Of a stretch of 64,000 bases of DNA, positions 18,722-29,409 are shown piece after piece. Made by a program: the position numbers and the translations under genes. The stretch lies in NCBI GenBank assembly GCA_965116875.1, contig OZ220733.1, positions 2,016,001 to 2,080,000 on the forward strand, given 5' to 3'. A model generated the notes under the pieces. The model saw only the letters and a program-made list of their open reading frames with translations. It did not search any database and was not told where the DNA came from. Each line of letters opens with the position of its first letter. Position 1 is the stretch's first letter. This DNA comes from Candidatus Latescibacterota bacterium. GTDB taxonomy: Bacteria; Latescibacterota; UBA2968; GCA-2709665.

Positions 18722-19756
18722 ATGAAACGCATTTCAACCGTCGTGATTGTCTTGGTGCTGACGATATTTGGCAAGGGTAAGCTGTTGGAGGCGCAGTCCT
18801 CCAACAATGCGGATTTCGATGCCAATGGCATTGTCGAGTTCGGTGATTTCATTCTGTTAGCGCAGGCTTTCGGGACAAATGAAACACGTTTCGACCTTGA
18901 CGGCAGTGGAAAGGTGGATTTTCCCGATTTCATCCTTTTCGCAAAGCGATTTGGCGAGGGCGCGCCGAGAAGGGACATAAGTGTCACGCTTCCAGGTGGC
19001 GCGAAGCTGGATATGCGTTGGATCCATTCTGGGGTATTTCTGATGGGTTCGCCCGTTTCAGAGCCAGATCGCAATGACGACGAGGGTCCTCAGCATCAGG
19101 TGACGATTACAAAGGGGTTTTATCTGGGAAGGTACGAGGTCACACAGCAGCAGTGGGAGAGCGTGATGAATACGCGTCCGTGGCATCGGCGAGGGGAATC
19201 CCAGGATCCTAGGAGAGTGAACTTCCCGGCCTCATATATGGGTTGGGAGGATGTTGAGAATTTCATACGCAAATTGAACGAAATGGAGGGTAAACAGGTT
19301 TATCGATTGCCCACAGAGGCGGAATGGGAATACGCGTGCAGGGCCGGGACCACGACGCCCTGGTCGTTCGGAGACGACTCGACTCGGGTCGGTGACTTCG
19401 CACGTTACTATGAGAACTCTCGGTCAGTAATCGTCTTGGCCGACGGTCGTACGGTTTATGGTAGTCGAGAAGCCCAGGAAACAGGAGGCGTGTTTCCTAA
19501 TCCGTGGGGTCTGTACGATATGCACGGAAATGTCGCCGAATGGGTTCAGGACTACTTGGGACCGTACACGGCACAGCCTAAGTTCGATCCGAAAGGGCCC
19601 GACAAGCCCAGTGGAGATGGACCTCCGGAATACAATCATGTCGTAAGAGGAGGAACTTATTTGGACTATGGGCAGGCATTACGGTCGGCTGCTCGTTGGC
19701 GAGGTTGGGCGGGGAGCATTCGCATAGGATTTCGACTGTTGAGAGAACACAGATAG
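18722..19756 (+). CDS. Signal peptide - dockerin/EF-hand-like - FGE-sulfatase (SUMF1/CLec) domain protein, paralogue 1
   Basis: DFDANGIVEFGDF / DLDGSGKVDFPDF calcium loops, RLPTEAEWEYACRAGT, NPWGLYDMHGNV and a C-terminal GFR. Confidence 0.88.
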   Translation: MKRISTVVIVLVLTIFGKGKLLEAQSSNNADFDANGIVEFGDFILLAQAFGTNETRFDLDGSGKVDFPDFILFAKRFGEGAPRRDISVTLPGGAKLDMRWIHSGVFLMGSPVSEPDRNDDEGPQHQVTITKGFYLGRYEVTQQQWESVMNTRPWHRRGESQDPRRVNFPASYMGWEDVENFIRKLNEMEGKQVYRLPTEAEWEYACRAGTTTPWSFGDDSTRVGDFARYYENSRSVIVLADGRTVYGSREAQETGGVFPNPWGLYDMHGNVAEWVQDYLGPYTAQPKFDPKGPDKPSGDGPPEYNHVVRGGTYLDYGQALRSAARWRGWAGSIRIGFRLLREHR

Positions 19757-19794
19757 ATTCCACACACCAAATTAACTGAAGATTCCTCTATTCG

Positions 19795-22700
19795 ATGTAT
19801 GAGGCTTGGAGTTCTGAACTTCAAGTCCGTATTTTTGTGTCATGTACCCTGATCAGATTGATGTCAAATACGCAAGTGATCCCTTTTATGCTGAACGGAA
19901 AACGAACCAACGAATTAGGCGTTCCGGTTTGGGCCGTGTTTTGCATTGTGGCACCTTTCTGGTCCACACAAATTCGTTCAATGGAGACTCGCTTCGTGAA
20001 ATCTCCCATTGGAGCGATTCGCGCAAGTGCCATCCAACGCGGCGAGCGGCGGGCGTTGCTGACCGAGATATGGCTGTCCCGATACGGCGGCGCCAGTCGC
20101 GAAAGGATCAGGACCTACCCGGGCGCGGCGGGCTCGCTCGGATTCCTGCCGGATGGCAGCGCGATCGTCTATCTGGAACGCGGCCTCAGATATCCCGCCT
20201 TCGGGTCGTACCTCTCGGGCGGCCGCAGCCTGCCGATCGTGAAGAATCGGATCTGGGAATTGGCGGTCGACGGATCGGACGAGTCCCGCTGGCCGCTTCC
20301 ACCTGAGCTCAATCCATTGGACCTTGCCGTTTCGCCTGACGGCGATTTTCTCGCGGTACGTGGCGAGTGGGACGCATTGGTGGACTCGGGTCAACCGGGG
20401 CTCTGGAGGGTCGACCGAACGGGACAGGCAAAACAACTCCGGATCGGCAGGACAGCCGGCGCCCCGCGCTGGTCCGGAGACGGCGCCAAAGTCTATTTCG
20501 CCGAGGGCGATACGACGTCGATGGAAGTAAAGTTCGTGCACGTGGAGACCGGAGAGGTGGGTACTGAAACTGCTTCCGACAAAGCCGCCGGCGTTCGCGT
20601 CACTGCTGAGACCCCGCGCTCCAAATTCGAACCCACTCCCGATGCTCGCGAACAGAGTCCCCTGCAAAGAGCCCTGGTCGAGTTGCAGAGAGGATTGAGC
20701 CGGTACAGCCGGATGAACTCGGCCGTGCACCGGGCGGACCGTCACAGAGAAAAGGACGCGCGAAAGGCCGTTGAACGGATGTTTGCGGGGTTCCACAAAC
20801 ATTACAAGGCCCTCCGGATCTCGAAAGCAAGCTGCCTTGCTTACGTGGCGGCGCTGCGCGAACAGCAACTCAGAACCGCTGCCGCCGCGGGGGAACACAC
20901 CTGCCTGGAACACATGCTCGTGTTGAACGACCTGGCAGGGCGCTACGCCGAAAAACACGGCGCCCTTCCAACTGAACACGGTATTCTGTTCGGGTGGTTG
21001 AAACAGAAAGTCGATCTGCATGCGACCGGGGAAGCGGAACTCAGGCGGGACAGGGAAGTCCTGGACATTGTCTTCAGTTGCCCGGCAACTTCCGATTCGG
21101 AGCCGTTGATCGAACATCTCTACAGGCCGGATGCCGCGCCCGGCATGCCAATCCTGGCGTGTTTCAGGCACCCGGACCGGTATCTCCACCTGACGGAAAC
21201 GCCGGATGCACGAAGCCTCGAGGCGGTGGAGATGCGTTCTGAGACGGTCGACTCCCTCTTCGCGGTTGTGGTGCAGCGAACCGGAGAGGACCGGTTGCTG
21301 GAGGCGGCCGCCCTCTTCCAGCTCGTCGCCGTTCAGCGCCCGAAGGACGCGCCTCTCCACATCGAACTCGGCCACGCGTACTACAGGGCGAAAGACTACA
21401 AGCGCGCGATGTGGGCCTTCAAGAAAGCGATCTCTCTACAGGGAGGCGCCAGGGCCTATTACGGCGTGGGTCTGGTCTACGCGGAGATTCCGAAGGAACG
21501 CAACCTGGCCATCCACTATTTCCAGGAGGCCCTCGCCCGGGACCACGGGTACGTGGACGCCCGATATCAGATCGCAAGGCTGCGATACCTGATGAATGAG
21601 TACGACGTGGGCCGTGCGGTCGACCGCGTACTGGAGCTCGACCCGAACTACGCTGACGCCTATCGCCTGATGGGCGAGTGGTACGCCGATTTCTGGAAGG
21701 ACTACGAACAGGCCATTGTCTGGTACACCCGATATATGGCGCTGAGACCCGGCGATTCCAGCCTGCGCAGCCGGCTGGGCGTCGCGTATCTGATGATCGA
21801 AGACTACGAGAAAATCATGGCGAAACTGCTGGGTTTCGTCGAAGAGAACCCCGATGCGATTGAACTCATGCCGATCGTTGCGCAAGCATCCATGAAGCAG
21901 GGAAAGCCGGATATGGCGATGGAGTTCTTCGAGGACTACGTAGCAAAACTCCCGTCTCATGAGCGGGTTTTGTATGAGGACATCCGCCTGGTTTCGTCGT
22001 TAGAGGAACTCGGCGAATTCAACAATACTCCGGAGGCTGAACGCGCCGCTTTCCTGAAACGGTTCTGGAACGACCGGGATCCGGATCTCTCCACGCCTGT
22101 AAACGAACGTTTGCTGGAGCACTACCGCCGCGTCTGGCACGCACTCACCGAGTTTTCGGAAAACAAACAGCCGTGGGACGTGAGGGGCGAAGTCTACGTA
22201 CGTTTCGGAGAACCGGACCACCGCTCCAGGTCCGACCGGCCCAACTACAAACAAAGCCTGGCCGTGCAGCGGGTCAAGGAACGCCTTGCCGCGAACATCT
22301 ACGGCGCCGACGGCATGGGTGAGTCGTTTATGGGTCCCGTCTTTCCGGTTCGCGGCATGCGACGACTGGAGGGTGAATGGTACGAGTTTCGAGAAGCCGA
22401 GACTCCGGGAATTCGTGGGGGTGACGCGGGATCGCCCGGCGAAAGCGGAGGGTCCGCGGGCGGGGATGAGTACTCCGGAGGGGGTGGAGGGTTTGGCGGA
22501 CACGTACCGGTCGCGGACGTTATGGATACCGTGAGGCTTGGTCTCATGGATATGGACAAGCGCCTCGGCTTTGGAGACTATCACCCGGTCACGTCCGGTG
22601 AAGACAGAGGGACGATCCCATGGGAGACGTGGATCTACACCGACGTGGGCGGTGGCATTGAAATCACGTTCACGGACGAATTCGGCGCCGGAACCTATGA

Positions 22701-23652
22701 GTACGCCCCGATGCCGCCGAATCGGGGGGACATCGACCTCGGCCAGACTGCGAAGTTGAGAAACCACTCTCCCAGAGAGATCTACAAGCGCGCGGCGCGT
22801 GTAGAACCGAATTACTATGCGCCGGAAGAGGAGACGGCGTCCCTCGATTTCCACTATTCGCTGGCGGATTTCAGGGGCGAGGATGGCCGCAGCTTCCTCG
22901 AAATCTACTACGGGGTCCCCATCCTCCCCGCCCACTACGATTCGGAAGAGGACGTCACGCGCCAGGTGCTCACGCACCATGCGGCGCTCATTTCATCCTC
23001 GCTGGACACAATTTACCGGCAATCAGACGGGCTGACGTACGAGGCGGAAGGAAACCAGGCCGGAGAGGGCATCCAGGTTCCCGGCGTCCTCAAGCTGAAC
23101 CTGCCGCCGGGCGCTTACCGGCTGGAGGTGAAGGCGCAGGACCGGCGCAGAGGGCGAATGGGCGCCTATCGACAGCAGGTCGTCGTAGAGCCATACGGCG
23201 ACGCCGGGTTGCAGATGAGTGACCTGGAACTGGCTTGGAAGGTAGCCGAGGAAAAAGCGGACAGCCCGTTCAACAAGGGAGAACTGAACGTCGTTCCGAT
23301 GCCGTCACGAACGTTCAGGAAAGGCCAGGGCGTTTTTGTGTACTACGAAATCTACAACCTGGCGAAAGACGCGTTCGGGCAGACGAATTACACTATATCC
23401 CATACGATCACATTCAGAGACACACCGGGCGCCATCAGCAACATCTCCCGCCTGTTCCGCTGGGGGACCGGGATACGCGAGGAACTGGCCGTCACCTACG
23501 AACAGCAGGGAGAGGCAACGCAGGAAGTGGAATACGTTGAATTGGACCTCGCCGAACAGGTCCCGGGTCGATACTCGCTGAAGGTGGCGATCGAAGACAA
23601 GAACAGCGGTGAAACGGCGGCTAAAGACGTTGTGTTCGTTATTGTGAAATAG
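19795..23652 (+). CDS. TPR and GWxTD-domain protein with N-terminal TolB-like part, paralogue 1
   Basis: TPR run, FWNDRDPDLSTPVNERLLEHYRRV, PWDVRGEVYVRFGEPD and C-terminal VYYEIYNL beta-domain. Near-duplicate of 39414-43202. Start uncertain. Confidence 0.85.
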   Translation: MYEAWSSELQVRIFVSCTLIRLMSNTQVIPFMLNGKRTNELGVPVWAVFCIVAPFWSTQIRSMETRFVKSPIGAIRASAIQRGERRALLTEIWLSRYGGASRERIRTYPGAAGSLGFLPDGSAIVYLERGLRYPAFGSYLSGGRSLPIVKNRIWELAVDGSDESRWPLPPELNPLDLAVSPDGDFLAVRGEWDALVDSGQPGLWRVDRTGQAKQLRIGRTAGAPRWSGDGAKVYFAEGDTTSMEVKFVHVETGEVGTETASDKAAGVRVTAETPRSKFEPTPDAREQSPLQRALVELQRGLSRYSRMNSAVHRADRHREKDARKAVERMFAGFHKHYKALRISKASCLAYVAALREQQLRTAAAAGEHTCLEHMLVLNDLAGRYAEKHGALPTEHGILFGWLKQKVDLHATGEAELRRDREVLDIVFSCPATSDSEPLIEHLYRPDAAPGMPILACFRHPDRYLHLTETPDARSLEAVEMRSETVDSLFAVVVQRTGEDRLLEAAALFQLVAVQRPKDAPLHIELGHAYYRAKDYKRAMWAFKKAISLQGGARAYYGVGLVYAEIPKERNLAIHYFQEALARDHGYVDARYQIARLRYLMNEYDVGRAVDRVLELDPNYADAYRLMGEWYADFWKDYEQAIVWYTRYMALRPGDSSLRSRLGVAYLMIEDYEKIMAKLLGFVEENPDAIELMPIVAQASMKQGKPDMAMEFFEDYVAKLPSHERVLYEDIRLVSSLEELGEFNNTPEAERAAFLKRFWNDRDPDLSTPVNERLLEHYRRVWHALTEFSENKQPWDVRGEVYVRFGEPDHRSRSDRPNYKQSLAVQRVKERLAANIYGADGMGESFMGPVFPVRGMRRLEGEWYEFREAETPGIRGGDAGSPGESGGSAGGDEYSGGGGGFGGHVPVADVMDTVRLGLMDMDKRLGFGDYHPVTSGEDRGTIPWETWIYTDVGGGIEITFTDEFGAGTYEYAPMPPNRGDIDLGQTAKLRNHSPREIYKRAARVEPNYYAPEEETASLDFHYSLADFRGEDGRSFLEIYYGVPILPAHYDSEEDVTRQVLTHHAALISSSLDTIYRQSDGLTYEAEGNQAGEGIQVPGVLKLNLPPGAYRLEVKAQDRRRGRMGAYRQQVVVEPYGDAGLQMSDLELAWKVAEEKADSPFNKGELNVVPMPSRTFRKGQGVFVYYEIYNLAKDAFGQTNYTISHTITFRDTPGAISNISRLFRWGTGIREELAVTYEQQGEATQEVEYVELDLAEQVPGRYSLKVAIEDKNSGETAAKDVVFVIVK

Positions 23653-24183
23653 ATATGGCGAGGGTAAATGAAATCTGAATTCAGTTGCAGCGTTCCGGTT
23701 TCGATTATGATGTTTAGGAGACCGTCGCGCCACGCAAACTCACAACTCAACCTCCTGGGGCTGGGTCAATTACATTCGTACCTATCCTGAATCAAAGGTC
23801 CAGTAGGCACCCCTGGCACAATCGACTATTGTAAAGGCGACATTCACGAGTGGTACCGAGCCTTTGGATGAAGCCAATTTGGTTCACTGTTTGGCCACCT
23901 TTCGAGGTGTTATCACTTTGATTCCAGAGGGAAAGTTTTTGGGATAGCTTTCCTAGCTCGTGATTGACGATAGGAGGTTCCAGACGGGCTGTCGTGTCGG
24001 CATCACGACCGATCCGGTCAGACGAAAACAAGATTGGGAAAGAAAATATCACAGTCTGAGGAATTGGACAATCCTGAGTACACATTATTCCAAGAGTGCC
24101 GCTTAGCAAAGGGAAAAACAGGAGGCATGGAACAGAGGTTCTGTAGCTCTGGCTTTAGGTTTAACTTCCCAGGGAGGATCTAA

Positions 24184-26907
24184 ATGAAGACGATGAATCG
24201 ATCCCAATTGGCTGTCTTTGCAACAATGAAGTCGCGTGATTCGAAGTTGCAGATGCGGTGGGATCACGACAAGATGGCACCAGCCGCGCTTAAGGGATTT
24301 CTCGCTGAACCCTTCCAAGGGCCGGCCGCCAAACTCGTCACCGCCGCGGCGCTCGATTTTCTTGATGACAACAAACAGCTCTTTCGAATGAATAAACCGA
24401 AGGAGGAACTGAGCGTCATTCAGAAAACAACCGATGCCCGGGGGAACCTATGCGTGGCGCTGCAGCAGAAGTACGAGAGAATTCCCGTGGAGGGCGCAAC
24501 GGTACGTGTGCATTTCAACCTTGATAAAACTGTTTATCAGGTTACAAGCAAGTACGAGCCTGGAATCGAGCTTGATGACGTGGAACCCACAATCAGCTGT
24601 GAACAGTCATACGCCAGAGCGCTTGAAGATGCCGGAGGCGGTACGCGGGTTGATGCTGTTATCCCCGAACTTGTCATTTGCCCAGAAAAGGATGGACCTA
24701 AACTGGCATGGGTCGTCGAAGTGATCGGCGAGGATACCAAGCTACCAATGAAGTACTATGTCGATGCCAAAGACGGCACCGTTCTGCGAAAGTTCAGCGA
24801 TCTCTATTTCATGGGCACCGGGACTGGGATCTACTCAGGTACGGGCGCTCTACATACGGTTCCTCACAATGGGGCGTTTCGACTCATTGATAACACCCGC
24901 AAGGCTACGGGCGGACCTGCTATTCATATCTGCGACATGAACAACAGCGCCTTATACGGGGCAGATACGGAGCCAAAGCCCGACCTGACAAACGTTTGTG
25001 AGGATACCGATAACAATTGGGAAGATAACACCACGATCCCCCGCCACAATAATCAACGCACCGAAGTGGATATTCATCGATACATGGGAGAGGTGGTTGA
25101 CTACTTTCGCGACACCCATGACTGGAACAGTTTCGACAACTTAGGGTCTGATATCTTCTGCGGTGCCCATGCGCGGATTTCTGGGTCGCCAAATAACGCA
25201 GCCTACTCGCCCACGAGGAAATGCTTTTACTTTGGCGACGGGGATAACGTTACCTTCAACTACCTTTCCCCACTGGATGTAGTCGCCCATGAGTTCATGC
25301 ATGGCGTAACGGATTACACCTCGAAGCTATTTTATAATAACCAGTCGGGTGGGCTCAATGAGGCGTTTTCTGATATATTCGCGGCCTTTATAGACAACGC
25401 CGATACCCAAATTGGCGAGGATTGCACGACGCCCACCAAGCCCGGTGATTGCCTGCGACGGATGGATGATCCATCAAGCTCGAACGCCCTTTCTCGTATT
25501 CCCAACCACGTTTTGGCTTCGCATGACTCCATGAACATCGGCTACTACGACGGTCAAGACCCTCACTATGCTTGCGGTCCGGTTATCTACGCAGCGGCCC
25601 TTCTGCTTGTCGGAGGAACGCATCCCAATACCAATATAACGGTTCAGCCAATTGGGTACGCGCGGTGCGAGCAGATCTTCTGGCATGTCCAGTCGAACGG
25701 CCTTCTCGGCAATAGCAATGCAACCTTCCTCGAGTGCAGGGAAGCTGCAGTCAACGCGGTGGACGCCCTGTTCAGCGATAATGCAGACTACCTCCGAATA
25801 CTCAATTCGGTGAAAAACGCCTTTACGGCGGTTGGCATCGGTCCTGACATTTATATCAGGGACAACACCGGTGATGATGGGACCGTTCCGAATACGGCAC
25901 CTCTTTACAGGAGCCCCGATATCATTGTGCGCCAGAACGAAGAAGCATCGCCCCAGACTGCTTTCGCCGACCTCGACGATGACTCGCTGAGTGAGAATGC
26001 TGAAGCGGGCCAGAATAACTGGATATACCTACGCTTGCAAAACCGCGGTTCCGTTGTGGGCGACGTGGAGGTGAACGTCTATTGGGCGGCCCCGAACACT
26101 TTTGCGTTTCCCAGCCAATGGAATCTGATCGACACCGTCAATGTGATGTCCATTCAACCGGGTGGTCTTTCCATAGGTGCGCTCAAATGGCGCGCGCAAG
26201 ATCTGCCTCCCATGGGACACTTCTGTTTGATTGCCGAATTGCACAACACGGTTGATCCAGCTCCGGATAAAACGTTGATCACCAACGGGGAGACGTTCAG
26301 CAGATTTGTCGCGGAGAGCAACAATTTCGCATGGAAAAACATCAATGTCGTCGATGTTCTTCCTTCCGGACTGGCTGGTTTCAATTTCCTGATTAGTGGG
26401 GACGATGAATCATCGTCGGAGGTCCAGATTGACCTGACCGAACTCCCGGATACTGCTGAGGTATACATGCGGGCTCTTGGTCGGCTCTGTGAAGATGCCG
26501 AGATTATCGGCATGAGTTTCCTAGAGGCGAACAGCCGGTACAAGTACTACGATTTGGTACCCGGGACCGTGGGCCGGATACGCAACGTTTCCTTCGCGAA
26601 CAACGACACGTCGGAGATTCACTTGTACGCACGAATCCCCGAAGGCGCGACCCAGACCTATTCAATTACCACCACACAACTGACCAACGGCAACGTCACC
26701 GGCCGCATTACCCAGGTGCTGAACCTGATGTCCGGGGATGTTTTTGGCTTCATAGGCAATGTCAACACCCGTGAAGTCCACGAGCAAAACTGTCGCTGGG
26801 TCGGTACAATGAGCGACAAAAACAAACGTGGGTTTCGTTCCCTGAACAACGCTCATCAGGCCGGATACGACAACTGTGCATACTGTATTGGCGATTCAAA
26901 GCGGTAA
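24184..26907 (+). CDS. M4 (thermolysin-family) metallopeptidase with C-terminal extension
   Basis: GGAGG RBS, FTP/PepSY-like propeptide, NNA, FGDGD, VAHEFMHG and SGGLNEAFSD. Ends in an Ada-like H-x3-C...C-x2-C module. Confidence 0.88.
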   Translation: MKTMNRSQLAVFATMKSRDSKLQMRWDHDKMAPAALKGFLAEPFQGPAAKLVTAAALDFLDDNKQLFRMNKPKEELSVIQKTTDARGNLCVALQQKYERIPVEGATVRVHFNLDKTVYQVTSKYEPGIELDDVEPTISCEQSYARALEDAGGGTRVDAVIPELVICPEKDGPKLAWVVEVIGEDTKLPMKYYVDAKDGTVLRKFSDLYFMGTGTGIYSGTGALHTVPHNGAFRLIDNTRKATGGPAIHICDMNNSALYGADTEPKPDLTNVCEDTDNNWEDNTTIPRHNNQRTEVDIHRYMGEVVDYFRDTHDWNSFDNLGSDIFCGAHARISGSPNNAAYSPTRKCFYFGDGDNVTFNYLSPLDVVAHEFMHGVTDYTSKLFYNNQSGGLNEAFSDIFAAFIDNADTQIGEDCTTPTKPGDCLRRMDDPSSSNALSRIPNHVLASHDSMNIGYYDGQDPHYACGPVIYAAALLLVGGTHPNTNITVQPIGYARCEQIFWHVQSNGLLGNSNATFLECREAAVNAVDALFSDNADYLRILNSVKNAFTAVGIGPDIYIRDNTGDDGTVPNTAPLYRSPDIIVRQNEEASPQTAFADLDDDSLSENAEAGQNNWIYLRLQNRGSVVGDVEVNVYWAAPNTFAFPSQWNLIDTVNVMSIQPGGLSIGALKWRAQDLPPMGHFCLIAELHNTVDPAPDKTLITNGETFSRFVAESNNFAWKNINVVDVLPSGLAGFNFLISGDDESSSEVQIDLTELPDTAEVYMRALGRLCEDAEIIGMSFLEANSRYKYYDLVPGTVGRIRNVSFANNDTSEIHLYARIPEGATQTYSITTTQLTNGNVTGRITQVLNLMSGDVFGFIGNVNTREVHEQNCRWVGTMSDKNKRGFRSLNNAHQAGYDNCAYCIGDSKR

Positions 26908-27374
26908 GAAATATCGAATCGTAATTTTCACTTCATTATACTGTGGGGACCGTTAGCCTATGCTATGAGCCTGTCTCAGAACCCCAATTTTGGCCCATCG
27001 ACATACTATATAGAGCACAACTCCCTTTTTAATACAATATATAGTAGGCCATAAAATGATGGCATAGGTATTCCGGCAGGCGCCTAGGCATATCACATAC
27101 CCTGTTTCAGACGACCTGATAGAAAGAGTGCTCCAAATCTTAGAAGTGTCTTGGCGGCGTGTTGCCCAAGAATTCGACGCTCAGCGTCCTGATCGGAAAA
27201 GTAATACTCAGTAGACATATAAATCCTCCAGTTGAGGGTTTTCTCAAATATCCGATGGTTCTGTACGACTATGTGGTTTAATTCGTCAGGAGCCATACGG
27301 AACTTGTCAGCTTTCAGATAAAGGTCGTGTAAAGCGGAAGGCGGAAGCTGGAGAATACAAAAGGATATAATTTG

Positions 27375-28292
27375 ATGGAAAAAAGATTCAGTCTAACATT
27401 CGAAATTGAGAATGAGCAAGATAATTCTGTAAAAGGGCTTGATGTGGCAAATGCCATCGTGAATTTAAACGCGATAATTCAAGAAACTGCTGGCGTGGCA
27501 TCAAATAAACAAGCTAAGACTACATTAAAAATCGAGGCATTCAAACCAGGTAGTTTAGACGTCGATCTACTGATTGTTTTTATGGAATATGGTGAATTAT
27601 TCCTGAGACATAGTGGGGAATTATTAGAAATGGTTTCTAATAAAACCGTCCATGCATTAGACTTGGTTCGCGATAATCTAACCCAACAGAGAATTAAGGG
27701 GATCTTTAATCTTTTATCTGAGCTACGTTCACGAAAACCAACTAGGATTTCACAAGATAAGGAAGGTAATGCAAGATTTCATGTTGGAAATGAAACGATA
27801 ACAACTGAGTCAATAGTTAAGGACATATTTGAAAATGAAAAAATAAGAACCGCCATAGAGAACTTAACCAAAATCTCAGAAGCTGAAAATATCTCGTCAA
27901 TTAAGATTAATAAAACAGACAATAGTCAATTTTCCTGCAGATTTGAAAAAAGCGACATCGTACATTATCAATACGTTAAGGATACCCCTATTGTTGATAC
28001 AACTAAAAATGAGGATATATGGGGTATGGAAGTGATCAGTCCTTCCTTTGGACAATATGCTTGGCGAGTGCTGCATCAAGGCCAAAGTTATCAAATTCGT
28101 GTCCTTGACGAAAAATTCAAAGAAAAAATAAGAAACAGAGATATTAAATTTGGAAACGGTGATCAGATAAAGGCGCTAGTTCGCAGAACTGGTGAGACTC
28201 GGACTGGCGGGAACCCACAGTACGGTATTGTTGAAGTAATTGACTATAATCCGGCACCAGACCAAACAGAGTTAGGACTTGATCTGTCATAG
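27375..28292 (+). CDS. Hypothetical protein, AT-rich, horizontally acquired
   Basis: 305-codon ORF with AAGGA RBS, far more AT-rich than its surroundings and next to the att-like repeat. Confidence 0.75.
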   Translation: MEKRFSLTFEIENEQDNSVKGLDVANAIVNLNAIIQETAGVASNKQAKTTLKIEAFKPGSLDVDLLIVFMEYGELFLRHSGELLEMVSNKTVHALDLVRDNLTQQRIKGIFNLLSELRSRKPTRISQDKEGNARFHVGNETITTESIVKDIFENEKIRTAIENLTKISEAENISSIKINKTDNSQFSCRFEKSDIVHYQYVKDTPIVDTTKNEDIWGMEVISPSFGQYAWRVLHQGQSYQIRVLDEKFKEKIRNRDIKFGNGDQIKALVRRTGETRTGGNPQYGIVEVIDYNPAPDQTELGLDLS

Positions 28293-28527
28293 ATTCGAAA
28301 AAACACAGAATAAGGCTAACTGCTTTTGCGCGGTTCACTCTACAACACGACAACACACCCCTGGGATACCTCGTAGCCCAAGGGTTTTGATCGATATCTC
28401 ATAAAGCGTTTGTATTGCCTAAACCCTGTACGTTAGGCCTGAATCCCGGAAAACTTGCCACGGATCGTCCAAGTCACGCGACCGATGATCGGCATATTGG
28501 AGCCACTTAGAAATGGCGATTTTGGGG

Positions 28528-28564
28528 TTTCGGACGTGGGTTCGATTCGCGCCGTCTCGACCAG
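28528..28564 (+). repeat. Degenerate copy of the tmRNA 3' end (att-like site)
   Basis: TTTCGGACGTGGGTTCGATTCGCGCCGTCTCGACCAG versus tmRNA 2524-2560 TTTCGGACGCGGGTTCGATTCCCGCCGCCTCCACCAG: 4 mismatches in 37. Confidence 0.85.
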
Positions 28565-28790
28565 TTGACGCTATTTTTCGTTTTCCACAATTCCCCCTGT
28601 TAGCCAAGATACTTTGGAACAAGGGGTTTTTCATTTTTGTGGCGTGCATACCACTTGGTTTATCGAATTTCTATCTATATAGCGACGCTCACCACGCCGC
28701 GGACACGTGCTCTCTTTGCGCCGTGTTTCGGCAGCAGATGATGGAGCAAGCCTCAATCGTCCTCGACAGCGGGGATTAAGCCGTGGGTGA

Positions 28791-29409
28791 ATGCAAGCCC
28801 AATCGAACGGCTCCGGACCAGAGTACGCACGAGTCCCAGTTGGGGTGCCGGCCGGAGAGTTTGCGGGGCTGGCGATCACGCTGCTGGCGATTTTCGGCAT
28901 TGGTACTCGTTACTGCCTCCGAAGCGACCTCAACGTCATCCATCGTCTGCTGAGTCTGTTTTTCGCGAGCAATCTGGCATTTTGCTATTGGGAGATCTGT
29001 CTGTTCCTGAGGCGGGACCTGATCGAAACGCGCGCCGGGTATTGACGCAACCGGCGGCGTGAAACCTGCCGAACGCCTCCCGTCGAGTTCCTCTGCGCCA
29101 ATGTGCCGTTCAGACGGTTTCGTGACGCCGGTTCCCACGCTGATCCTTTAGGCTGCCTGTACCGTCGATTTCATGCCGGCCGTATTTGCCGGCATTTTCG
29201 GGCTCGTACTGTCGTGACAGTGGGCCTACGTGACCTTGGTCTACTGGGTCAGTTTTTTCGTGGCCCGGCGGCAGCGTCACATCACCAGGGGCGAGTTGTA
29301 CGTCTACATTGGCGCATTGAATGCCCCATGGGTGCTTTTCGCGTTACTGGGAGTGTACGTATCCGGTCACCTGATCCTGGATTGGAGCTACAGCGTTCTG
29401 GGTTATTGA
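28791..29409 (+). pseudogene. Decayed integral membrane protein gene
   Basis: Protein-like hydrophobic text (CYWEICLFLRRD; GFVTPVPTLIL; QWAYVTLVYWVSFFVA; NAPWVLFALLG) is broken by TGA, TAG and TGA stops and a frameshift near 29110. Confidence 0.65.

Larger units (their letters stand above)
2560..28564. mobile_element. Putative decayed genomic island integrated at the tmRNA 3' end
   Basis: Bounded by tmRNA 2524-2560 and a 33/37-identical copy at 28528-28564. Cargo includes an AbiE-type antitoxin and AT-richer blocks. No integrase is visible. Confidence 0.6.

Noticed and set aside
23792-24109. 105-aa minus-strand ORF upstream of the peptidase
   Set aside because: No recognisable motif or RBS; probably intergenic or decayed DNA.
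26967-27296. IS5-like end (GAGCCTGTCTCAGAA) and 67-aa minus-strand ORF
   Set aside because: No partner inverted repeat or transposase motif found.
28528-28564. tRNA gene
   Set aside because: Only a damaged T-arm and acceptor 3' half are present, with no D-arm or anticodon arm.
28791-29409. TGA recoded as Trp or Sec
   Set aside because: A TAG stop and a frameshift also interrupt the frame, and TGA ends many intact genes here, so a pseudogene is simpler.
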